Shown: one piece after another, positions 45,144 through 55,999 of the stretch
How positions within the stretch are numbered: position 1 is the first letter of the stretch
Layout: every line of letters begins with the position of its first letter
Source: Diplonema japonicum
Lineage: Eukaryota > Protista > Euglenozoa: Diplonemea
Length of the DNA: 64,000 nt
Direction of reading: 5' to 3'
Assembly: GCA_964019335.1 (NCBI GenBank)
Contig: OZ025731.1
Location: forward strand, 1 to 64,000
Notes under the pieces: model-generated
The model's database searches: none
What the model saw: the letters and a program-made list of their open reading frames with translations, nothing else
Told to the model about the DNA's origin: nothing
Made by a program: the position numbers and the translations under genes

Positions 45144-46688
45144 ATGGAAGACATCGTGCAAGAAGCGCAGGGCCCGTCGGTGTGGGTCGCAAACCTGCCG
45201 CAGCACATCAATGCAGAGAAGGTGATGGCCGCCTTCGGACTGCGCAGCTGCCCAAAGATCATCAACACCCCAAAGACACAGTCCACAGCAGTGGCGCAGA
45301 TCACAACGCAAGACGAAGAAGCCGCATGGAGCTTCGCCACCGAGTGGAACGACACCTCGCACATAGGCCTCGACTCACGTGTGCTGTCCTGCAGCGTCAC
45401 CCTGGAGGGCCTTGCTGCCGTCGAGGGTGCTGTCCGCAAGCAACGGGAAGGCACGCAGGTGTATATCTGCCACATCCCGCACCTCACGCGTAGCCACAAC
45501 ATCAACGATTTCTTCGGCACCATGAAGGACCGCATCCTCGAGTCGCGCTACTTCACATACAAGGAAATCGGGGTCGGCTCAGCGTGGTTCTGCAGCAATG
45601 CCTCCGCCGAGGACGCAGCCAGTAGTTACGACGGGGCCACCTTCGAACATTTCAAGATGGCCGCTTCGGGGAAGGTACTGCGCATGGCGACGGTGGTGAT
45701 GTGCGACCTGGACCTGGACAACCTAGTGCAGCGACACATGAAAGCAACAGGGAAAAAAGAAGTGAAGACGCTCACAGTAGGTACTTCAGTGGTGTCGCTG
45801 AAGCAGCTGGGCGTTGCAGGGTTCGGGAAGTCGGATGCGAAGGGGAGTACAGGGGTCGTGACACAGGTGCTGAAGAACGGGAAGGTGGAAGTGGAGATGG
45901 AGTCAGGGTCGCTGTACGATGTGGGAGTGGAGTGGCTTGAGGTCGGAGAGGGGCAAGAGGAACAACAAGAAGACGCAGAGCAGAAAGAGCCTGAAGGCCA
46001 CCTGAGCACAGATGCCATGGAGGATGCCGGTAGTTACGCAGATGACGACGAGGACCCAGGGACACCCCCATTGGCTGTCACGATAGCTGCAGGTGCTCGC
46101 CCTCCAGGTGCATCTATGCTGCGAGCCGCAGGACTTCCCCCCATGTACCCGTACTCCATGGCAGACCCCCTGTGGTACACAGGCTTCACGGCAGGCCAGC
46201 CACACGTTGCCCAGGCAGCGTACCTGAAATATTTGCAGCACCACCACCAGCAGCATCTTAAGGCTACAAGCCCCTTCCCCCATCAATACCCCCCATTACC
46301 TGGTTATCAAAATGGGCTTCCTGCTGGCTCGCCCAACGTGTTTTCAGGGAACTCTGTTGTTGCAACAGGACTCCCGTTGCCCTGCGGCGAGAAAGACGTG
46401 GCGAGCTACTTCTCAAGAGCAGGGCCTGTGTGCAGTGTGGTCATCAGTAGGAACGGGGTATGGCACGGGGAAAATAAAAGAGGGAAGGAAAAAAAAAAAA
46501 AAAAAAAAAAGAAAAAAAGAAAAAAAAAAACACAACAGAAGAATTCTCAAAACACTAATACGAAGCAAGGACCGGGAAAGGCCGTCATCACGTACTTTGC
46601 GTACGAAAATGCACGCAGTGCTGTGCTCATGTTGAACGAGACAAGTTATAAAGTATGTGGGGATGGGGTGGGTGGGGGGAGGTCATAA
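45144..46688 (+). CDS. Multi-RRM-like protein (3' end uncertain; further spliced exon likely)
   Basis: VWVANLP, VYICHIP, VVATGLP...YFSRAGPV. Intron 46458-46538 and a donor at 46653. Confidence 0.7.
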   Translation: MEDIVQEAQGPSVWVANLPQHINAEKVMAAFGLRSCPKIINTPKTQSTAVAQITTQDEEAAWSFATEWNDTSHIGLDSRVLSCSVTLEGLAAVEGAVRKQREGTQVYICHIPHLTRSHNINDFFGTMKDRILESRYFTYKEIGVGSAWFCSNASAEDAASSYDGATFEHFKMAASGKVLRMATVVMCDLDLDNLVQRHMKATGKKEVKTLTVGTSVVSLKQLGVAGFGKSDAKGSTGVVTQVLKNGKVEVEMESGSLYDVGVEWLEVGEGQEEQQEDAEQKEPEGHLSTDAMEDAGSYADDDEDPGTPPLAVTIAAGARPPGASMLRAAGLPPMYPYSMADPLWYTGFTAGQPHVAQAAYLKYLQHHHQQHLKATSPFPHQYPPLPGYQNGLPAGSPNVFSGNSVVATGLPLPCGEKDVASYFSRAGPVCSVVISRNGVWHGENKRGKEKKKKKKKKKRKKKTQQKNSQNTNTKQGPGKAVITYFAYENARSAVLMLNETSYKVCGDGVGGGRS

Positions 46689-47165
46689 TGCTAAATCACA
46701 ACAGTCATGTTTGTTATCAGTCTACCCATACGCCCCCTTCGACCCCAGCGGGTGAGGCCCATAGTATCTTTTTTATTAGGGGGGACAACAAAATATAGTT
46801 CAATTTTTTATGTTTACTTGTACAGAAAAACGTAACGGGGGGGGGGGGGGGGGGGAGGGAGAGAGAGAGAGAGCAAAAAAAAAAAGAAAAAAAAAACGAA
46901 ATTAATTTCTTCACTCACTGCAAAAAAAGATAGGGGGGGGGGGGAACAAAGGAGGACAAAGGAAGAAAAAATCCCCCTCAGCCAGTTTGCCGTATCTTTT
47001 TTATGTTCAACCTCTGTTTTTGTTTTTACTTTCTCTTTTTTGTTTGCTTAGAACGCCAACTGAGCTGCAGCCAACAGCCCCCTTCCTTTCCCCCTTTTAT
47101 TTATTCTGGTTTCTCCTATTTCATCCCCTTTGTTAGGGTTCTCATGTGAAACATATTCTGTCCAG

Positions 47166-48099
47166 GATCATGAAGGACAGCACACGCCTTTTCTTCTCTC
47201 TTCCCTTTCTTCCCTTCCCTCCTGTTGTTTTGAGGTGATGATACCTGGACTCTACCGCCCTAGCCAATCTGAAGATCTTCAAACAATCGCTTGTTGAGCA
47301 ACGATTCCTATCAAATACCCTACCTGACTTCTGATCGCAGGGGTTCTGAGGGGTCCTTCTTTTCACGAGACGAAGAAAGAACTCCCAGCAGACAGTTGAG
47401 TCGCTTCCATTTCTCGTTGATACTTGTGAAGTGAATTATGCTTCTGCGAGAGGTGTCCTTCCCTACTATATGTTTAGCCCTTGAAGCCGTGCCAGCACAC
47501 ATGATGACAAACCCAAACCCATCGGTGTGTACGAATTCTGATCTTCTGAATTGAGGACAACTTCTTCTTTCGACGGGCGGACTGACCTACCAAAAGAAAC
47601 GAGCAAAGGAAAAGAACCCCGTGACACGATCCGCGGTTCAAGAATCAAGGCAGATGCTCTGTTCTGCTTTGTTTCCACCCCTGCTGTAGAAACCCTACCC
47701 CACACATCCTAACTAAATTCCCAACAACATGATGAGGACTATTCCTTCAAACGTTTCCTGTTAGCTTGATCGACCAAGATGACACATTTTAACACTCAGC
47801 TCACTCTGATATTTGTTTTCTTTTGGTTCATAGGGAAGGGGTGACCAAAACGGGGAAACATAAAAAAGAAATGATGACAGAAATCTGGATCCAACACGGA
47901 CGACCCCTCTTTTTTTAAAGGGGCCCGGCTGAAAGACAAACCCTTATTTCAAAACCGAGCTTTTTAACAGCCTGATTCACTTCTTTTTCTTTCGCTTCCC
48001 AGTTCTTTTCTCTGGAGCTCCTCACCAACACCCTTGCATCGCTCTGCTCTGTTCACGACCTTCACCCGTACAGATGACAGATGAACTACAGGGGGAGAT
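47166..48099 (+). repeat. 934-bp direct repeat, copy 1
   Basis: Appears identical to 52221-53154. Shuffled partial copies at 48127-48212 and 51530-52095. Confidence 0.92.
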
Positions 48100-48374
48100 A
48101 CCTTTACCCCCCAGTGCATAATAAAGACAACATGATGAGGACTATTCCTTCAAACGTTTCCTGTTAGCTTGATCGACCAAGATGACACATTTTAACACTC
48201 AGCTCACTCTGATTTTCTTTTTTTAAATTATGAGGGAGATACCTTTATCCCGCACATTCTCATTTGATTTATTTCCGTTCATGTGCCAGATACAGCCCAG
48301 TTTCCGAAGCTACCCATCACCAACACAGAGGGGGTCGCTTTTTTACCCTTGCACCTTAAGCTTGGGAAAAAAGA

Positions 48375-49748
48375 ATGCGAGAAGTGATCTCTTTATGCAT
48401 CGGTCAGGCTGGTTGCCAGGTTGGGAATGCCTGCTGGGAGCTGTTTTGCCTGGAGCAAGGGATCCAGCCTGATGGGCAACGTGCTACGGACGTGGAAGGC
48501 AGGGGGAAGAACCGTAGCGACAGCAACGACGCTGACAGCAGGCGCTTCTTCGGGGAGCACGGTGCTGGGAAGTTCGTTCCGCGAGCAGTATTCGTTGACC
48601 TGGAGCCCACAGTGGTGGACGAGGTGCGGACGGGGACCTACAGGCAGCTATTCCACCCCGAGCTGCTGCTCTCTGGGAATGAGGACGAAGCGAGCACATT
48701 CGCACGAGGGTACCACGCCTATGGGAGTGAGTTCGTGGACCTCTGCCTGGACAAAATCAGAAGGCTTGCTGACAGTTGCACCTCCCTGCAGGGCTTCATG
48801 GTCTTCAGCGCTGTCGGCGGCGGAACAGGATCAGGCCTTGGGTCCCTCCTCCTGGAGCGCCTCTCTGCTGACTACGGGAGGAAGTCAAGACTTGCCTTCA
48901 CGGTGTATCCCTCGCCCCAGAACTCAACGGCCGTGGTGGAGCCCTACAACAGTGTGCTGGCGACGCACTCCCTCTTGGAGCACACGGACGTTGCAGTGGT
49001 GCTGGACAACGATGCCGTCTACGACATCGTCAGGAGGAAGCTCGGCATCGAGATGCCCACCTACACCAACCTGAACCGTTTGATGGCACAGGTGGTGAGC
49101 TCAGCCACAGCCTCGCTTCGCTTCGGTGGTTCACTGAATGAAGACCTTGTGGAGCTTCAAACCAACTTGGTCCCCTACCCGAGGATACACTTCCTTCTCT
49201 CCTCGTACGCACCCATACTCTCGGTGGAAAAGGCTTACCACGAGAGTTTCTCTCCCCAAGAGATCACGACCACTGCCTTTGAACCCTCATCGATGATGGC
49301 AAAATGCGATCCCCGCCACGGGAAGTACATGGCGTGCTGCCTGATGTACCGTGGTGACGTGGTCCCGAAGGACGTAGGAGCTGCTGTATGCATGATCAAG
49401 ACCAACAGGACTATTGAGTTCGTGGACTGGTGCCCTGGTGGGTTCAAGTGTGGAATCAACTATCAGGCTCCCGCGGCAGTTCCTGGTGGGGACCTTGCGA
49501 GGGTGCAGAGGTCTGTGTGCATGCTCTCCAACAGCACTGCCGTTGCTGAGGTGTTCGCTAGAATCGATCACAAGTTCGATCTCCTGTACTCGAAGAAGGC
49601 CTTCGTGCACTGGTACATCCGTGAGGGTATGGAGGAGGGCATGTTCTCTGAGGCACGTGAGGACACAGCTTCTCTAGAGAAAGACTACGAGGAGTTAGGA
49701 GAAGACTACGACGAGGAAGAGGGAGAAGAAGACATAGAAGAGTACTAG
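48375..49748 (+). CDS. Divergent intronless alpha-tubulin paralog
   Basis: [54 protein letters not shown], and C-terminal EEY. Confidence 0.93.
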   Translation: MREVISLCIGQAGCQVGNACWELFCLEQGIQPDGQRATDVEGRGKNRSDSNDADSRRFFGEHGAGKFVPRAVFVDLEPTVVDEVRTGTYRQLFHPELLLSGNEDEASTFARGYHAYGSEFVDLCLDKIRRLADSCTSLQGFMVFSAVGGGTGSGLGSLLLERLSADYGRKSRLAFTVYPSPQNSTAVVEPYNSVLATHSLLEHTDVAVVLDNDAVYDIVRRKLGIEMPTYTNLNRLMAQVVSSATASLRFGGSLNEDLVELQTNLVPYPRIHFLLSSYAPILSVEKAYHESFSPQEITTTAFEPSSMMAKCDPRHGKYMACCLMYRGDVVPKDVGAAVCMIKTNRTIEFVDWCPGGFKCGINYQAPAAVPGGDLARVQRSVCMLSNSTAVAEVFARIDHKFDLLYSKKAFVHWYIREGMEEGMFSEAREDTASLEKDYEELGEDYDEEEGEEDIEEY

Positions 49749-50055
49749 CTTGCTGACATGACCCTAACATACTACTAGCCTTTCGTTTGCATGTTCGGCG
49801 TTATCTTCTTATTTTTCCCTTTTTATTCCTTTTTGCTTATGTTGCTGTAGTCTGCGGAACGTATATCGCTATTTCGGAAAAGTATTTCCCCCGCGGTGAC
49901 TTTATTAAAATCTTCCCAACGACCAAACCCAACAACCAATTTTCTCGACGAATGGGCAGGCTTCTCTCAGGCTTCAATAAAACTTTAATTGCTAAAACAG
50001 ATACACATTGAGAAAAAAAAGAAGAAAAAAAAAAAGAGAGAAAAAGAAACCAACA

Positions 50056-51066
50056 ATGCAGATGCTGTACCTTGCTCTTTTCGCTGTGGGTGTGGCGGTA
50101 TCGGAAGGAACGGAGCAGAACGCGCAGGAGGACCGTGTCGGGGAGAAGGTGGCGGAGGATGTGTCGAAGGGGGCAGTGAGCGCGAACATGCTCGGGGGGA
50201 CCTTGTGGGATTGGGACCGATGCGTGGCGGAGCCGTGCAAGGAAGGGGAGGGGGACTGCGACTCGGATGCGGAGTGCAAGGCTGGGCTGACGTGCGGGCA
50301 CAACAACTGCAAGACGATGCACCCTGCGGAGGCGGACCTGTACATGACGTACGCGGACTGCTGCGAGGTGATGCAGCCCTTCCACCTGGACTACTGTCAG
50401 GAGAAGCCTGGCTGTGGGTTCGGGGTCGGGGACTGCGACGACGACGACCAATGCGGAGCAGGGCTGGTGTGCGGGTACAACAACTGCAGGGCGATGCACG
50501 CGAGGACGGACCCCGTGTTGATCCACCACAGAGCCGACTGCTGCACAACTTGCGCGGCTGTGACTGTGGTGCTGGACGGGATCCCCACCCCTCAACCCCC
50601 GATGTCCTTCGTCGGCGGGAAGCTCGTGACAGCTGAGAGGACGCTCGCGAACCCTCCGAGTGTGCTGGCGGGGTCCGTGGTCCACAGCCTCCCGTCCCTC
50701 TCGTCCGACGATGAGATCAAGCTGGAGTGCTGTGCGAAGAAGAACACCCCGTGCAACTTCTTCGTTGCGGTCTACCACTGTCCCCCTTGCTCCGCCACCG
50801 CCAACGGCGGCATCCCCAACTTCCTCGCTTCCCAAGGATGGAGCGGCTCCTCCTGCGCTCCGATCTTCACCCCCGCTGGTTCCTCGCAAGCCCAGACCAT
50901 GACGGTCTTCCAGAAGACCCTCCAGGCGGGCGAGGACCTCACCATCCCCCTCTCCACAGCTGCCCCTCATGTTGCCGTCTTCACCACTGGGGGTGTCGGG
51001 GATTGGTGCCCCAACAGGGTGGCCACCGGCACCAAGGGTCCCAACAGACCTTGCGTGTGCCTTTGA
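50056..51066 (+). CDS. Secreted cysteine-rich protein
   Basis: Signal peptide, two C..G.GDCD.D..C.AGL.CG.NNC repeats, and a Cys-rich C-terminal domain. Confidence 0.8.
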   Translation: MQMLYLALFAVGVAVSEGTEQNAQEDRVGEKVAEDVSKGAVSANMLGGTLWDWDRCVAEPCKEGEGDCDSDAECKAGLTCGHNNCKTMHPAEADLYMTYADCCEVMQPFHLDYCQEKPGCGFGVGDCDDDDQCGAGLVCGYNNCRAMHARTDPVLIHHRADCCTTCAAVTVVLDGIPTPQPPMSFVGGKLVTAERTLANPPSVLAGSVVHSLPSLSSDDEIKLECCAKKNTPCNFFVAVYHCPPCSATANGGIPNFLASQGWSGSSCAPIFTPAGSSQAQTMTVFQKTLQAGEDLTIPLSTAAPHVAVFTTGGVGDWCPNRVATGTKGPNRPCVCL

Positions 51067-52220
51067 GAGGGAGGGAAGGAGAGAGAGTGAGGCGTGCCAA
51101 ATAGAGTTTCTGAAAACCCTTTCTCCCCCGTTCGTCTTCTCTCAGCAGAAGGGCGGCGGTGGAGAAAACCTTTATTCTATGATCTATCATTCCTCTGGAA
51201 TGTCCCTTTTCTTTCTTTTTTTTGCTGTGTCACATACTGCATGGCACCACTAAAATCGAGACTACCTTTTTTTCGTTCTCATTTACTTACCTAAGTTAAC
51301 TTCCTCTCTTCCCCCCCCTTTTTTTTAGCTTGGCACCACTAAACGAGGGCCTCTGCTGAAGAAATGCGATGAACAGGGATCTGTTGATAGCTTCCAAAAA
51401 ATGCGAAAGTTATTGAGCCTTCCTCTTCTTCTTCTTCTTTCTTTTCTCATTTCTTATTACTTTTTGTTCGCTGTTGGGGGAGGGGGGGGGGCAAGGAGAG
51501 ACATCATCGTCTTGCTTTCATCATTGATAGAAGAAATCTGGATCCAACACAGACACCCTTTTTTACCCTTGAACCCAGGAGCTGATTCTGATTTCAGCCA
51601 TTCTATCATGCTTCTGCGAGAAGTGTCCCTTCTGTCTTCCTGCTATGTGTTTAGCCCTTGAAGCCGTGCCAGCACACATGATGACAAACCCAAACCCATC
51701 GGTGTGTACGAATTCTGATCTTCTGAATTGAGGACAACTTCTTCTTTCGACGGGCGGACTGACCTACCAAAAGCCGTGACACGATCCGCGGTTCAAGAAT
51801 CAAGGCAGATGCTCTGTTCTGCTTTGTTTCCACCCCTGCTGTAGAAACCCTTCCCCGCACGTCCTAACTAAATTTCTGGTAACATGATGAGGACTATTCC
51901 TTCAGACGTTTCCTGTTAGCTCTGTTCTGCTTTGTTTCCACCCCCGCTGTAGAACAGCTGTCTTGACATTTCTTTTTTGGACTAAATGATGACAGAAATC
52001 TGGATCCAACACGGACGGCCCCCTTTTTTTAAAAAAAAAAAGGGTACCGGCTGAAAGATAAACCCTTATTTCAAAATACGAGCTTTTTAACCCTGATATT
52101 ACAGCGAAGCATTTGTGGCTGTCTGTTTGCCCCATTTCCCCCCAGCTCCTTGTGATTACAACCTTACGTTCGTTATATTTTTTCATTGACACAAACCACG
52201 TGAAAACTTATTATGGTCGA

Positions 52221-53154
52221 GATCATGAAGGACAGCACACGCCTTTTCTTTTCTCTTCCCTTTCTTCCCTTCCCTCCTGTTGTTTTGAGGTGATGATACC
52301 TGGACTCTACCGCCCTAGCCAATCTGAAGATCTTCAAACAATCGCTTGTTGAGCAACGATTCCTATCAAATACCCTACCTGACTTCTGATCGCAGGGGTT
52401 CTGAGGGGTCCTTCTTTTCACGAGACGAAGAAAGAACTCCCAGCAGACAGTTGAGTCGCTTCCATTTCTCGTTGATACTTGTGAAGTGAATTATGCTTCT
52501 GCGAGAGGTGTCCTTCCCTACTATATGTTTAGCCCTTGAAGCCGTGCCAGCACACATGATGACAAACCCAAACCCATCGGTGTGTACGAATTCTGATCTT
52601 CTGAATTGAGGACAACTTCTTCTTTCGACGGGCGGACTGACCTACCAAAAGAAACGAGCAAAGGAAAAGAACCCCGTGACACGATCCGCGGTTCAAGAAT
52701 CAAGGCAGATGCTCTGTTCTGCTTTGTTTCCACCCCTGCTGTAGAAACCCTACCCCACACATCCTAACTAAATTCCCAACAACATGATGAGGACTATTCC
52801 TTCAAACGTTTCCTGTTAGCTTGATCGACCAAGATGACACATTTTAACACTCAGCTCACTCTGATATTTGTTTTCTTTTGGTTCATAGGGAAGGGGTGAC
52901 CAAAACGGGGAAACATAAAAAAGAAATGATGACAGAAATCTGGATCCAACACGGACGACCCCTCTTTTTTTAAAGGGGCCCGGCTGAAAGACAAACCCTT
53001 ATTTCAAAACCGAGCTTTTTAACAGCCTGATTCACTTCTTTTTCTTTCGCTTCCCAGTTCTTTTCTCTGGAGCTCCTCACCAACACCCTTGCATCGCTCT
53101 GCTCTGTTCACGACCTTCACCCGTACAGATGACAGATGAACTACAGGGGGAGAT
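52221..53154 (+). repeat. 934-bp direct repeat, copy 2
   Basis: Matches 47166-48099. Confidence 0.92.
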
Positions 53155-53312
53155 TTATTGCTTGGAAAAAAAAGAGAAAAAAAAAAGAAAGAAAAACCAA
53201 AAGAAAACCAAAAAAGAAAAAAAAAGAAAACAAAACCAATTAACCGGAAGAAAAAATCAGGAATATAAAAGAGAAAAAAGAAGATCTTTTAGAAGAAAAA
53301 AAAATAATAAAA

Positions 53313-54450
53313 ATGGATATGGAACTCGTGAAAAATGTTGGCTACGCGTTCATCAAGGAGTACTATGGCAAGTACAGCGGGCGGACAGCAGTGGAGCTGT
53401 CGCACATGTACTCCAAGGACAGCACCTACATGAGGATGGCGAAGGACGAGGCGGCTGTGACATCTGCTTACGGTGTGGACAACATTAGGGTGCACCTCTC
53501 GACCATCCCGAAGAGCAAGTTCGCTTTGACGTACGTGGACTGCGCGCCCAGTGTGCAGGGCTCGATACTGATATCGGTAGAGGGCACCGCCATGACGGAG
53601 AACAACTCGAAGGAATTCCACCAGACCTTCGTGATCTCGCCCAACGCGCACAGCAGCGACTGCTACTACATCCACAACGACATGATGAGGGTGTGCAGCG
53701 AGGAGATCAGCGCACAGCCGGAGGCACCCCCTGCGCCCCCTTCGCCGCCCGCGCCCCCCGCACCCGCACAGGTGGCGGCCTACACGCAGCCCACCCCCCC
53801 TCCCGTTGACGACATGGAGGTGGTCCTTGAGGGAGCACAGGTCGAGGACCTCATCGACGAGGTGATCGGCGAGCCTGAGGAGGACCACGACGTGGGGCTC
53901 ATCTCGCAGCCTGCGCAGCAGGATGTTGTCGAGGAAGAGGTTCCCGAGGTGGTTGAGGAGGTCGTTGAGGAAGAGCCCGTACAGGAGGACGACAAGGAAG
54001 AGGACAAGGCCCCCAAGTCCTACGCCTCAGTGCTTGGCCGCATCAAGGCCTCCAGCGATGTGAAGACACAGGTCATCACCGGCGGGTCCGTTCCCAACGC
54101 ACCCAAGAAGAAGAAGGAGGTTGAGAGGAAGAAGCCTGTCGGTGACATGGTGGCCATGAACCTGATCAGGGCCAACGGGAAGGGTGCCAAGGGGGCCAAG
54201 GGCGGGAAGGGGCCCAGGGACACCAACAACCGTGGCGAGGCGAAGAAGCCCGAGGAAAAGAAGGTGGCCCACGCCAACACCTTGTACGTGAGGAACCTGC
54301 CCAAGGACTTCTCCGACGAGGACTGCGAGAAGGTCTTCAGCGTGTTCGGTAAGCTCACTGGCAAGACCATCCGAGCTGGTGAGGGGTACGCCTTCATTGA
54401 CTTCGACACCAAGGCCTCTATGAATGATGCGCTTTCAAAGGTATAGGGAG

Positions 54451-54485
<35 letters not shown>

Positions 54486-54661
54486 AGCCCGTCGTCTTCA
54501 ACACTGTGACCCTCAGCGTGCAGGAAAAGAAGTCGCACGCCCAGCGCACCAAGGAGAAGGAGGGTATGTTTTCATGAGGGGAAAAAAAAAAGCAAAAAAA
54601 AAAAATAATAATAAATACAGAGCGTGTTCGTTCCAACACCAGGAGGGAGCCCCGCAACTAG
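53313..54661 (+). CDS. G3BP/Rasputin-like protein (NTF2 + acidic region + RRM)
   Basis: VGYAFIKEYY...FHQTFVI...YYIHNDMMR; LYVRNLP, GYAFIDF. Introns 54441-54487 and 54564-54620. Confidence 0.88.
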
Positions 54662-55013
54662 GTTGTAGGTGAACAAAAAAAAATTATTAAAAATTTGATC
54701 ATTTAGAGAGAAAAAAAGAAATGTCCCTCCTTTTTTTTTCTTCTTGAAACCTTAAATAAAGAAAACTAAGCTGGAAGGGAAAAAAAAAAAAAAAGGAAAA
54801 AAAAAAAAAGTCCAAAAGGAAAGAAAAGTGGTAAAGAAAAAAGAGAAAAAAAAAAAGAGCGTGAATTTAGAAGGCTTTATTTTTTAAACTTTTTTTTCCC
54901 CCTCTTCCTCTCCTCATTATGTTCCTCTTCTTCTTTTTTTTTCTCTTTATATTTTCTTTTTTATTTCTCCAGTTCTTTTCTTCGCCCACCACTAAGCCAG
55001 CACGCCTTTGTTG

Positions 55014-55057
<44 letters not shown>

Positions 55058-55999
55058 GTCATCATGGAAAGAGAAGGAACAGAAGGCCTTTTTTCCCTTC
55101 TGTTTCTTTTTTTTTTCTTTTTTTTTCCTCTTCTCCCTTTTCTCGTTTCTTGCATTTTCCCCTTTTTACCTTCCTCTTTTTTTTTCCCCCCCTCTCCCTC
55201 TTCTCCTTTTGTTTTAACTCCCTTCTCCTTGACTCTCCCCTTTAGAAATTAAATCATCCCCCCCTTCTTTTTTTTTTCTTTCTTTTTGAGTCAAATATGA
55301 GGGGTTTTTTTGCTTAAGGAATACACAAAATGAGGGTACTGATTACTACTGCCTGCACCATATTTCTTGAAGATTTCAAAAAAGGAAAAAAAAATGGGGA
55401 AAAAAAACTGAAACAGAAATTACAAAATCTAGAACAAGAGTGTTTCACCCCCACCCCTCTTTTTTTTTTGGCTCCATTTTTTATTTTTATAGCATTTGAC
55501 TTCGCCCTGAGTTATTTCCCCCCCCCCTTTATTTAATTTTGCATCATTCCCTCCCCCTCTTAAACCCCCTCCCCCAGCCAGCCCATTATTTTTATTTTCC
55601 TTAGTTCTGAGTTCTTTTTTTTTACTTTGCAGTCCCCCCCCCCCCCTTTCTTTATACTAATCATACCCCTTTTTTTTCTCTCTTTTTTTAATAGTTTCAC
55701 GCACTGGCCAAAAAAAAAGAAGAAAAAAAATGCCCCCTTTTATAATTTCAGACGCCAAGAGTTTCCCCTCCTTTTTTTTTAGTGCATTCCTTTCTTTTTT
55801 CGTTTCTTCTTCTTTTTTTATTTTACTAATAATTGCACACAATCCCCCCTCCCCCCCCCTTTTTTTTTACCCCCACTTTTTTTTTTGTTATTTCTTTTTT
55901 TTGTTTTATTTCATCTGTACATTGTTAAGTAAAGTATATAAAAAAAAGGAGGAGGAGGGGGGGGGAGAAGAAAAACAAAAAAGTGGAGACCACAACAAA

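Noticed and set aside
47166-53154. LTR retrotransposon
   Set aside because: No gag/pol, PBS/PPT, TG..CA termini or TSD.
54660-55999. Poly-K/poly-F ORFs and the N-terminal extension of ORF 55730
   Set aside because: Homopolymer-rich intergenic DNA; the channel most likely starts at ATG 56000.
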